A stretch of 63,578 bases of DNA, filler included, from Reticulomyxa filosa (lineage: Eukaryota; Protista; Foraminifera), in assembly GCA_000512085.1 (NCBI GenBank). It is 14 parts of 14 records of this genome, joined end to end, with 100 filler letters (N's around TTAATTAATTAA, not from the genome) between each part and the next. Parts side by side here need not be neighbours in the genome. Positions count along the whole stretch, not along the records: positions 39,104 to 55,427 come from ASPP01002306.1; positions 55,528 to 56,534 come from ASPP01014402.1; positions 56,635 to 59,015 come from ASPP01041085.1; positions 59,116 to 63,578 come from ASPP01002205.1; 10 more parts are not named here. One strand, written 5' to 3'. The translations under genes and the position numbers were made by a program. This document shows, piece by piece, positions 52,675 through 63,578 of this stretch (positions are counted from its first letter, which is position 1; every line of letters starts with the position of its first letter). The notes under the pieces are model-generated. The model did not search any database. It had not been told where the DNA came from and saw nothing but the letters and a program-made list of their open reading frames with translations.

Positions 52675-54424
52675 CTATGAACGACTAATTTTTTGTGTGT
52701 GTGTGTCTTTAATTTTGTACTGTGTGAATTTTACAAGTGTGTTTTTTTGTTGAATTTTTTTGTCTTGGTGAAAACTATAGCAACTTTGGTCTTATTAATT
52801 TTTTTTCTCCTTTTTTTTCAAAGCTTATATTAACCGATGTCCGTATTGTTCATTAGGCATAGTTTGAGGCAAAAGCATCGTAATAATCCCTCAGGTGATT
52901 ATTTTTGAAGACTCAATTTTTCCTTCCCCATAACTTAGACAGAGTTTTGTTATAACACCAGGTTACCAGTTGTAATTTTACAAGAAAAACTCGGTTAATC
53001 AAGACATAACAAAAAAGTACAAAAACTACCAATTCATATTAGAAGAGTACGATCCCAGATATCCAACAATTTGCTAGGTCCGTATCGCACGCAACTTGCA
53101 CAAGAACTGAAAGAACAAATCAAAGGACAGAGATTTCACTTTCTGAGCTGATGTTTTGGTTTTGTTGCAGTCAAACGAAGAAATGAATATTCAAAATTGT
53201 ACTTTGGGATCGCTACATTCAGCTGAATTCAGACAATTCAAAAAAGCATATACATCAAATGAGTAATTTTTTGTGTAGCAGAAAATCATGCATCAAAATA
53301 TGTCACTTAACAAAAGCAAACAGTACTGTTCGTTAAAAAAAGGTTGTCGTACACGGGACTCAAAATTTACAGCGAATCCGGACAGTCTTGGACACAAGAC
53401 ATTCAGGATTTTAAAGAGCTCTACAACGACATCGGGAAAGTAAATCAACTGTCAATTTAAACAAATGTAAGCAAATGTTAAACGAAATTGAACACCAAAG
53501 AGCAAAATATTTTTTTGTGTGCACTAAAATCTAAACGTAACAGCTTCATCCAAAACCTTGATGAAGATGTAAAATTTTTTTAACAGGAAAGCATGTTTAA
53601 TAGAAGCCATATTAAAGGCTGACACGATTTCCATAAGATGACCTTTGGCCTTGTGAAATCTCTTGAGAAAAAAGTACAAAATACGGTCAACAAAGTATAC
53701 CTACCCAGTAGAAATAATGGTCGTTATTAAGAGATGCATTAATAAAGGTAATAGATCATTAGAGGACGCAAGTAATGTAAAATGCGACCGGTCGACACAT
53801 AGTAGACTTAACGTGTAATACGGGTAATTCATTGAGTTGCTTTAAACAAACCAAAACGCAAATCACCAAGAAAAAGAATTAAAGAAAGTTGGTAAAGTGT
53901 TTTCTACTGCTAGGACTTGCTGCTCAGTAATATTAGGCAAGCATACCATTATAAATTGCATAATCAGAGCAAAAAGAACGCAACAGTAATATACTTTAAA
54001 AAACAATACTTATTTGAAGTATTGATCTAATATAAAGACTTATAAAAACGATAACAAAATGATATCTTTTGTGATTTAATTCGCATTATGCAAATAAGGA
54101 CTTGTATTGCAAGTGTAATTGTCACTTTCAAATGGAAAAAAAAATTTCAATATGATTATTAAATTTGCACACAAGTCGCGCTTAAAAGCTTGTAAATACG
54201 ATTGATCCATATAATTTGTGATATGATCAGTTCATGTATCCATACAACATAATTACTTGTTTCTAGAAATTTTCTATATTGTTTTGATGTGCCAACATCT
54301 TTATGGAGAAGAGATTACTTTTTTCTAGCATATCCTGTTTCCTTTTATCGCTGTACGCCCGTTCTAAAAAGGTAGTACTAACAAAGCCTCTTTTTTCGTT
54401 TTCTGTTCTTTTTGAAAAGAGGAA

Positions 54425-55427
54425 ATGTTGGGCATCGTTACACTTATTTCAGTGTTGTTGAGCTTAGTAAATGGTGATACATATTTACACATGCCAAAAG
54501 GTTCCAATGACCGGTTAAACGAGCAAGCAGCCGCACGTGACAACGAATATAGACTGTTTAACTCACAAAATAATAATCGTGGTGGTTACAATGTAGGTGA
54601 CTTAGATCCGCAAAATGGATTTACAAGCAACGACTGGATGGCAACAGCTACAGAAATGTATGATTTTCGATTCCTCAACAATCAAGGAGAATTGCAAAAA
54701 CAATACGAAATGGTAAGAATCTTACCTTTGTTTTCTATGACTCTCTCTGTTGAAGCAAATTTGTTACATTACAACTTTATGAACAAATACATTTTTACAG
54801 TTGTATTTCGAGCAGAGCCAACTAAGTGTTACTTGGACAAATCAGGTGTACACTATTTTTTAAAAAATTTCAGGTAATTTTTTCTCAATGACCGAACTCT
54901 TGTTTGAATTTGAATTCTTTTAGCATGGCACAGGAAATCCAAAAGAGAACACTGCAATGATACTGCAGTTCATTTGTGATACTTTTCCTCGTGCAAGTAG
55001 CGCAGGTTCAGATGGAAAGTATGGACCAGATAACAGTATGTCAGGATTTGCCAATGGTGCCGTTTCTGCAGTTTAGTCCACATTTGCAATGTACTTGTTT
55101 TTTTGCTAATAAATACGTATACCCACAAAACTGAAAATAAACAAGTCAACAGCAAAAAGAATGAGTTTTGGTTTATTTTAAAAAAAAAAACGCACAAAAA
55201 TGTCTAGCAATTGGCAGCAACAATGCGACAGCATGGATTACGTGTGGAATTGTACAATGGTGGAAATACCAATACGCCTGACGCACCAGATTTAACTTCA
55301 GATTCGGTAATAGGCACGTATCAGAACAATAACGCAAATGATCGAGGCCGACGAGAGTCAGAAGAGTATTACGCGTTATGTAATGCGAGATCTCGGAATA
55401 AAGGTTGGAAAGGAAAAGAGGGGGGGG
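54425..55427 (+). CDS. DD3-3-like secreted/surface protein, 3' truncated
   Basis: Signal peptide, then DTYLHMPKGSNDRLNE...RLFNSQNNNRGGYNVGD, WTNQ|HGTG, ILQFICD, GRRESEEYY..C..RSRNKG. Confidence 0.8.
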
Positions 55428-55527
55428 NNNNNNNNNNNNNNNNNNNNNNNNNNNNNNNNNNNNNNNNNNNNTTAATTAATTAANNNNNNNNNNNNNNNNN
55501 NNNNNNNNNNNNNNNNNNNNNNNNNNN
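55428..55527. other. Artificial contig spacer
   Basis: N44-TTAATTAATTAA-N44. Confidence 0.97.
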
Positions 55528-55683
55528 GATCGAGAATTTTGGTGAAAAACTACTGTATCATTCGGTCACAATAACACACGAAATAATAAAGAATAAATAA
55601 AAAGTTTTGAAAGTTGAATATATGCGGAGTGAACTTGAAAAAAAAACAACAATAACAACAACACTACCACTGAAAAAACCCTT

Positions 55684-56490
55684 TTACTGAAGACAAGGCG
55701 CAATTCCCATTTGATCATTAAAAGCTCCAATTTGGTCCTCTCTGACGAATATGACATAGCCATTCGCATACATGTCGACAACTGGATTGTTGACATACAA
55801 GAAGCTTTGTTGAGGATTGGAGCTGACACCGACGTAGCCAACAATGCTTAAGTCAAGGACGTTGTAGTACTTGGCGCCGTTGACCGTGTTCAAAGAGCTG
55901 TCGATCACAATTTGAGCCGGTAGCACGGCGCCATTATTGTTATTTGTGTTCAACGCCACAACGATTTCGATTCCATATTGCCAATCAATTCGAGAATAAA
56001 TCAATAATCCCCCTTTTCATTTTTTTTTTTTTTTTTTTAAAAAAAAAAGAGATGTACAAATATATATAAAAAACAAACATATACGTATACATACATACAT
56101 ACGTACATACATACATATATATATATATACTATATATGGAGTGTGTATTTACAAACCATTCAAATAGTCAGCTTGTCTGAAGTAGATATCACCTCTTCGG
56201 AGGGCCCGACAGGATTTGCGTAAGAAGGTTAATTTGCGGGCGTTTTGATACAAGGCATGGTCGGTGCGCAAGAAAGGGTCGTCTTGCCACGGCGGCGACA
56301 GTCCAGGCTGCCAAACACCAATATACCGCAAGTCGTTGATTTCCGCCACCGCCGACTCCAATCGCCAAGGGCTGTGAATGAACATGTCCTGTCGTTTCAA
56401 AGAGTCGTCTGAATTTTGTTCGCAAAGTTGGACGATCGACTCTGTAGCATTTCCCGCCACTATGTTGTCCAAGTCGCATACTCCATTGAA
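55684..56490 (-). CDS. C-terminal part of a GH13 (alpha-amylase family) glycoside hydrolase
   Basis: RQDMF, F.TDHALYQ..RKL..LRK...ALRRG, LLIYSRI, EIVVALNT resemble the end of the GH13 catalytic domain and the C-terminal beta domain. The catalytic residues are not in this contig. Confidence 0.6.
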
Positions 56491-56534
56491 CCCCTTTTTT
56501 TTTTTTTTTTTTTTTTTATTTTTTTTTTTTTTTT

Positions 56535-56634
56535 NNNNNNNNNNNNNNNNNNNNNNNNNNNNNNNNNNNNNNNNNNNNTTAATTAATTAANNNNNNNNNN
56601 NNNNNNNNNNNNNNNNNNNNNNNNNNNNNNNNNN
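56535..56634. other. Artificial contig spacer
   Basis: N44-TTAATTAATTAA-N44. Confidence 0.97.
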
Positions 56635-57388
56635 TAAAAAAGGCGATCGAAAGTATGTGCGCCATATAAAAAAAAAAAGTATACACTAGTGATATATGAT
56701 GACTTTTTATATCGCAATATCGATATCTACTAAACTTTGAAATGTTGAATCTAAAAGTAGAAATCGGTAGAAATACGTCAGTGAAATCGAGAAGTTTGGC
56801 ATTTCTGAAATGAGTTATAAAAGTCTATCGAAAATATGTGCGCTAAAAGCTAACTTTTAAAAAGTTATAGTACAATTTTTATAAGCAAATTTTTGATGAA
56901 ACATGTTTTTGAACAGATATCTTTAATTTGAAAATACGATAACAAAAGTTCTGTTAATAGTTTTTTCATTTTTTTGCCGCAAATTAACATGCCAACAAAA
57001 TTTACTTTTGCTATTCATCAAGAGAAAGAAAGATGGAAAATAGCGTAGGAATATCATTATGAAAGAATAGCATCTAATAAAAGTATTGGTGTGGTATTTG
57101 CTTATCAACAAAAAAAGAAATTATTCTCAAAAATTATTAAAATAATGCTGTACACTGCCAACGTAACAAGAGTACTTTCAAAGAATAGTTTTGAATATCA
57201 GTGAAAAACACAAAAAAAGCAAAAACTAAACTTTTGTGGAAAATTCGAAAACAAAATCAGACAAAAAAAAAAATACTCAAAAAGGGATTATTCTTTATCA
57301 TGTGTAAGCTCTTGAGCATATTTTCACAGCTTATGAAGTACATTTCTCACCAATCGAACGCACAAACATTTTACATCACACCCTCAAA

Positions 57389-58940
57389 TTATGTAAAGAT
57401 AACTTTTTTGATGGGAAACAATTGTCCTACGTAGCAGACTTTGAGTTGGTGCATCTGACATGTTGCCGTTGACAATGACAGCAAAGCCCATAACACACAT
57501 GAAACGGTCAGTGAAAATGGCTTTGAATACATCGACGGGACTGCGAATGAACAATCCATGCTTTTAAAATTGTCCATCTTGTACACCAGAAACGCCCATT
57601 GTTCTTGGACAAATTTGTAGGTATCTTTGGCCAAAATCTGAAACATGGACTGGAAATACTCAATGTATTGATTGTTGTATTCTAACTCTTGAGCAACAAA
57701 CAAACGTACTTCCATGTGGTTTGGCTCCAATGTCGCAATGGTTTTTTTCAGATTCTCGTATAATTGAGTGTATGAGATCTATCATTTTCAACGCCAACAT
57801 ACATTTGTACGTTTCTTTCTATGACTCCACAAACTGCTTTCAATTTGTTGATATCTTTTTCTCTAATGGCTTCTTCCAACAGTCTTTTGGTTTCAGGATC
57901 AATTCGCGACTCAACATACTGTGCAAATAATTTTCACACTTTTTCTGTCAATGGCAAAGTAATGATATATCGTTGACACGATCTTAATGCTCTTGCCAAT
58001 CTCTCAAAAAATAGTTCTGGTTCATAGAATGAGTTTGGATCGGTTCTAACTAATTCTTCCAATGTCTCATTCATTTTTCGTTTGTTCATGATGATGGGGC
58101 GCTTTAATTTTATTCATTTTGCACTCTCTATCATACTTTCACGATTCATGTTCAAAACTTGACAATATCTGTGCACCTTGTTCGTCCAGATCCGCAACTT
58201 CGCCCTGCCTCTTCCAAGATGCGCTTATATTTTTCAGCAAATTCTCCATGTTTCAAATGTAATGGAAATCCTGCTTTACGGATTTTAAATACTCCCCGAA
58301 TACGTGAGTTGTTCAAAGCAATTTCGTGGCACAAAGTACAATGGCTTTTTATCTTCATTCGGCTTAATACGTCGAATGTAATGGAATTGCATTGACCGCA
58401 AGGTTTTCATCAAGACATCCAATTGGGTGCTGAATTGCAAACTCAATGTTGCTTTTCGTCGTCCTGCACTCATATCTCCAACATCCTTTCAGGAACAAAA
58501 CTCGAATCATGTGCTCTTTCGACTTGTCCAACATCATCAATAAACCTCTAATCCGACTCATCCTTGTTCTTTTCATATCATATATACGACATCGCCGACG
58601 TAATGAGACAAAATGAAGGCAATCATATCTTTTCCGTTGTTTTTGAAATATTTATTTGTTTGTTCCGTGACAATCTGTTAATTTGACTCGGAAAAACATC
58701 TGGAGGAAAGCGAAGAAAAGTTTCTTCTTTTTTCCACACTCTTGTTACCAGGCATAATGAGATCATCATGGGTGACACCTTTTTCGAGTGAAGTGTCATC
58801 GGCATAATTGGATTGGACTCGTTCAAACTAAACATTGCCAATGTGTAAAATACCCGCCACGATGCGATATATATCCCTTTTCATTGAATTCCAAAGTTTT
58901 GAAGGCTTCTATCACGTCGTCAAAGCCTTTGATACCATGT
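57389..58940 (-). pseudogene. Myosin heavy chain pseudogene fragment
   Basis: IYRIVAGILHIGNV, HYVGDVVY, TLSLQFSTQLDVLMKTL, HYIRRIKPN, EQLTYSG, IRKAGFP; frameshifts, stops and large deletions. Confidence 0.85.
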
Positions 58941-59015
58941 AAAAGATAGTGTGTATGTGTGAATATTATTATTTTTTTTTAAGTCTTGATCATCAAAACA
59001 AACAAAAGTGCAGGA

Positions 59016-59115
59016 NNNNNNNNNNNNNNNNNNNNNNNNNNNNNNNNNNNNNNNNNNNNTTAATTAATTAANNNNNNNNNNNNNNNNNNNNNNNNNNNNN
59101 NNNNNNNNNNNNNNN
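59016..59115. other. Artificial contig spacer
   Basis: N44-TTAATTAATTAA-N44. Confidence 0.97.
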
Positions 59116-60538
59116 CAACACTTCAAAAACAAGGCTCAGAGGATTCAGTTAAGCATTAGACTTTTCCATTATCCATGTTCATTGTTGCAATTTCTTTGAT
59201 TGATTACCCATTGAATTTATTTTCAAAATTCCATTTAAAATTTAATAGATGTTGACTTATCTTGACGATTTCGACCAAAATCTCTTTCGAAATACAACTT
59301 TTTTCAAAGGTTAATCTAGATGATGAATGGTGTATATTAATTATTTTTTTTAGCCAATAGCCAAAAGTTTGGACAAACAGCCTGCGCTCTAGGGAATAGA
59401 CAAAATGTCCAAAATACATCTCACATGGCGGCATGTCAAGATCATCTACATAAGAAAAAACAAGAAAAAAAGACCAAACAAAGCAAACTTCGAACGGATG
59501 CCGAAGGTATTCGTCTGGAAAGCGCGAGTAAGCTGAAGGCTTCCGATCGTGTAGTATTGTGTCTCCTAATCCCTGGGACTCCTCAAATGCAACTTACAGA
59601 GCTTTCAGTCTATGATGAATTAATTACGTGATTTGGAGGCTTGTTATATCAACCGGTCTGATTAAAAGCTACGTTGATATTCTATAATTTAGAAGAAACA
59701 TTAATATGTTTTTGTGTATTGTCTCTATGTTTCATTTTTTCTTTCATATTTTTGATATTAAATATTTTATCTTACTTTTGGTTTTGTTTTCGTTTGATTT
59801 TCCAATTGATTGATATAATATAATTGGATAATTGACATTACAATCAATTTATACTAATTGTCGAATGAAGAAACAATATCTAGTAATTGCATCGAATTTA
59901 CTTTTCCATTGTTGGTTTTAACAAATCCATTTTTCGCGTAATTTCAGATATAAATTTTTTTCAACTAATCAGAAAAATTATCCAACTGAATAACGCAAAT
60001 CTAAAATTTCAAAATGAACTTAAATCTTTGTAGATATTATAAGATGCTTGTCTTTCTCTGTCCTCTGTTACCATTCATAACTTGACTGAAAAAATTAGTG
60101 TCCAAATTATAGTTGGAAATATATCAATAGATGAAATCGACATAATAAATACTGACATAGATACAGATATATGAATGTAAGGTTTTACTTTCTTGTAAAA
60201 TTTATTGAAATATTCAGACACCAAATAAAATAAAATTTTCAAATATGAAATTGCTGTATTTTGAAATATTGCATTCCTTATTTAAGGAGCATACATCATA
60301 AAGTAACAAATATTCCACAATTGGAGATATTACTTATCCATTAAAAATGTTAGACTTTACAATTGTTACATCTTCCAATAATTGTATAAAGAGTCAATAT
60401 CTTCTTAGTGCTACATAAGAGCGAAAGTTGAACTTATATAAAATCTCTTTTTATAACAAAAATTATTATGTACATGACAGAAACTGTTGATCATAAGCCG
60501 AATTTGTTCAACATTTTAAAAGCAACTCTTTAAGTTGA

Positions 60539-63467
60539 TTATTTCGATTTTGCTTTAATGACTGCTTTACACGACCCTTTGAATTTTCCAGCCAATAGCC
60601 CTGCTAATGTCAACTCAACCTCAAATTCCTTCCATTCTCCAGGGCTGACAAGTGCAGGTGTTAAGTTTAAATAACCTTGTCCAATCATGTCATCCGCAGT
60701 AAGATGATCGTAATCTCGCATTTCGAGCAGCAGCATTGCCGTTTTTATGAAAAGTAAGCTGTTGCGAGACAATAACAACGGTTCAAAATCTTTGGAATCT
60801 GTCCATTGCGGATCCAATGTCTAATTTCCACCCCACAGTATTCAGAATTCGATTTTACAATTTAATATATATTAATATGTACAAATTGAATATATTATAA
60901 GTTACATTATTTTTGCGACGAGAGTTGCTGGGTTTTTGCAGCAAGAGTTGTGCAGGAAAATGTAAATAAGGATCGCTGGAGCCTATAGAAGGGTAGTAAG
61001 AGCAGAAGAGAGAAAGGAATGTGCCCGAGGAAGTCAAAGATTAAATAGAAATGGAAAACATGAACCTGAAACATCAGCGGCGACTAGTCCTTCAGCACTG
61101 CAATGCTGAAAGTAAATAGTAACATCACCACTGTCATCATCGATACTGGAGGGTCGATGCCAAACGTCAACGTTCATGAGTGCTTCTACAGGTTTGTGAT
61201 CACTGTGAGGAACATCAAATAAAGCTTTGTAAGACAGTACTTTGGGTGGATTGGTCATGGAGGCAGATCGATACAGTATCCGATCACACCAAGCAGGCAA
61301 TCTTGTTGGCTTCACAAGTGCAATCAACCATTAAAAAAATGAAAAAAATAAATTAAAAATAGAAGAGTAAAACAAACATTGTAATTGAGATCTGAATTCC
61401 TTTCTACTTTGAATGTAGGTTTAAATTTGATGACAGGTTCCTGGAATCCAATGAATGCTTTGGATTGGGACATGGAAGTGATCAATTGATCATCCCGCAG
61501 CAGTGAGTCTAAATTGTGTTCGTTGACATGAGATTGAAAAGCTTCAAAGACTTCGAGTTCGCAATCGTCTTTGTGTTGTATTGGTTTGTCCTTGTGAGGC
61601 TGCCAATCCACGCGATAGTTTAAATCGCCCAACCAAAACAAGTGATGAAATTGGGACAGTAATTGTCGTTTCGGCAGTCCCACTCTTTAAAGCAAAACAC
61701 GCAGAAGCATATGTGTATGAAAGTTGCTCGTTGCATAAAAGTCGCAAACACACTCAAAACTGTAGTCCTTTGCACAATTGCTTATAGTCATCATTGCGAT
61801 GCTGAACCTTGCTAAAGTGAGCAGCCAAATGAGAGCATACGAAGCACATGGAAACGCCATCAAAGTGAAAAGAGATGGCCACACCGCCTTTGTTTTTGGC
61901 AACCCCGCCTACTCCAGTCGCTTGATAATGCATTGTCACACTACTAATTCTTTCTTCGTGTTTCTTCTTTACAAATACAAACAAACGCGTTTGCCACATG
62001 TTAAAATTGGCGATTTTTGCATAATTTTGTCCCAAATGCGTGGACAGAATTGCTTCAATTTGTCGTTGATTCGACCAGTTTTGCTTATTTATCTCTTTTT
62101 CCTGTCTCTTTCTTTCACTCTCTGTGTCTGTCTCTGTCTCTGTTTGAGTCGCATTCTGATATGGACTTTGCACTTGCTCCATCTCTGTCTCGATCTCTGT
62201 CTCCATCTCAGCTTCTTCCTTTGTTTCTGGTCCTTCTTTGCTGCTTGGCTTACACTCTTGAAAAGCCAATGCATAGATGTCAATGTCGTCCGACAAACCC
62301 ACCCAATTAAAGAGTGGCTTGAGTGGAGAGTTTCCTTTCATTACATTGCACATTACAAAACACATGCAATATACATGTGCATACATTCGAGATGAGTGGA
62401 CACTTAACCACAGTTGTACGTAGCCAAATACAGCTGAATGGTCTCCGACGACATATCTTGCGAATGCAGTCTCAATGTTTGCTTTCGACTTGTTTCAATT
62501 TCCTTATACTCATTTTTTTAACTGTGGTTTGATAACATAAACAAATAAATATGCGGCCATTTCCACCGTTCACAATATGCTCTTTTTTCTCATCATCGTT
62601 ATCACTTTCATTTTCATTTTCATTTTCATTTTCAGTCTCATTTTCTGTTTCGTTTTCAGAGTCATAGGAACTCGTTGTTTCGACTGTCAGGTTTTTCTTT
62701 GGTGTGGCTGACTGCGGCGGTGGAGACGGCGACGTAAATGGCGTTCCGGTTGTCGTACTTTCTGCTGGGGAAATACTAGTTCCAGGGCCGCTTTTTGCTT
62801 TTTTCCCTGTCTCATTCGTCACTGTTTTGTTTCCACTTGTGTTGCCATGTCCATTTTCCTTTTCTTCTTCTGTGCTCGCTTTTCTTTGTAAAAAAAAAAA
62901 AAAAACATGCTCATATATTACTGCACGATATATACGTATGGATCACACGTGCTGTTTAAAAAGAAATAAATATTATTAACAAGGATTGCGTAGTGTCGTC
63001 CAAGTCTTGTGAATTGTTCGCTGAATGTGCCATTTTTCTTCTTTTTCCTCTTTGTTTGTAACGTATTGGTAGCCATCCACGATATTGCTTGTGTTTATTC
63101 TGCTCCAACTGCTTTAGTTCATATTTACATTCACCTAGCCATACATCTGCCGATTTTCGACGTTTTTTTATTACTTCGATTACCAACCACCCATTCCCTA
63201 CGTCGTCTTTGGTGATGTTGCTTTTTTGTTGTTGTTATTGTTGGATTCTGTTTTGTCCAAGTATATTGTTGGCTGTACAAACACTTACAAGGTGTGACTT
63301 TGATTCCATAAAGGATCGGCTATCTTTTCACTCCCGACTACCTTTCCTGTCCAAACGGACCCTCCATCAGTGTTTGAATTGGGATGTTGAATATACGCTT
63401 TGAAATACGAAAAACATACAGGAAGCCCTGTTGCTTCAACTGCTCGCACATGCAATAGAGACGACAT
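60539..63467 (-). CDS. Inositol polyphosphate 5-phosphatase flanked by N- and C-terminal C2 domains
   Basis: DIYALAFQEC, NKGGVAISF, FVCSHLAAH, RNDDY, FWLGDLNYRVD, FKPTFK, PAWCDRILY, SDHKPV. C2-like ends: LHVRAVEATGLP...DPLWNQ...DVWLGE, and GSSDPY...DPQW...RDYDHLTADDMIG. Confidence 0.9.
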
Positions 63468-63578
63468 CAACCAACAATACGCCTACCTTTTTTTTACCAA
63501 CACTAATTAAATATAGAACAAATACACTATTTCAATATAACTATTTAAAAAAACCAAAATTAATCCGTAGAAAAAAAA

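Noticed and set aside
52850-53900. Coding-like intergenic stretch between the F-box and DD3-3 genes
   Set aside because: Only short broken frames with no recognisable motif; it may be an old relic but cannot be supported.
11130-59115. Thirteen regularly recurring TTAATTAATTAA palindromes as a CRISPR-like array or biological repeat
   Set aside because: Each is centred in exactly 44+44 Ns, which marks an artificial six-frame-stop linker used to concatenate contigs.
59425-59631. 68-aa ORF MAACQDHLH...
   Set aside because: Short and isolated, with no recognisable domain or splice partners.
1-63578. Treating the whole window as a gene cluster or defence island (NACHT, WD40, vWA, Hsp70, lectin)
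   Set aside because: The genes lie on different contigs joined artificially, and several are pseudogenes.

Overview
This window is AT-rich, intron-rich eukaryotic (protist) genomic DNA, not a contiguous prokaryotic locus. It is 14 short contigs joined by 13 identical artificial 100-nt spacers (N44-TTAATTAATTAA-N44), so adjacency across a spacer carries no biological meaning. The expanded WD40 and NACHT gene relics, the short A/T-tract introns and the many pseudogenes suggest a rhizarian/foraminiferan such as Reticulomyxa filosa (inference, not verified). Recognisable genes: RNF4-like RING ligase, SRSF10/SCL-like SR protein, Rab1-like GTPase, HSPA12-like Hsp70, vWA protein, Msp1/ATAD1, ArfGAP, paraoxonase-like hydrolase, ricin-B lectin, glutamate-cysteine ligase, TMEM19, FkbM methyltransferase, DD3-3-like protein, a GH13 C-terminus and a C2-flanked inositol 5-phosphatase. 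Decayed copies: HSP90, myosin, NACHT, three WD40s, a Tc1 transposase and a LINE 3' end. The most unusual items are a myristoylated F-box/LRR/DUF4864-like fusion, an acidic protein with repeated F-x4-(G/K)R(E/K)PT motifs, a His-rich hisactophilin/fascin-like gene largely missed by the ORF track, a large double-PWWP-like protein, poly(A) tracts at 3' splice sites, and deletion-collapsed pseudogenes. I found no operon-like novel system. Exon boundaries were read by eye and are approximate.
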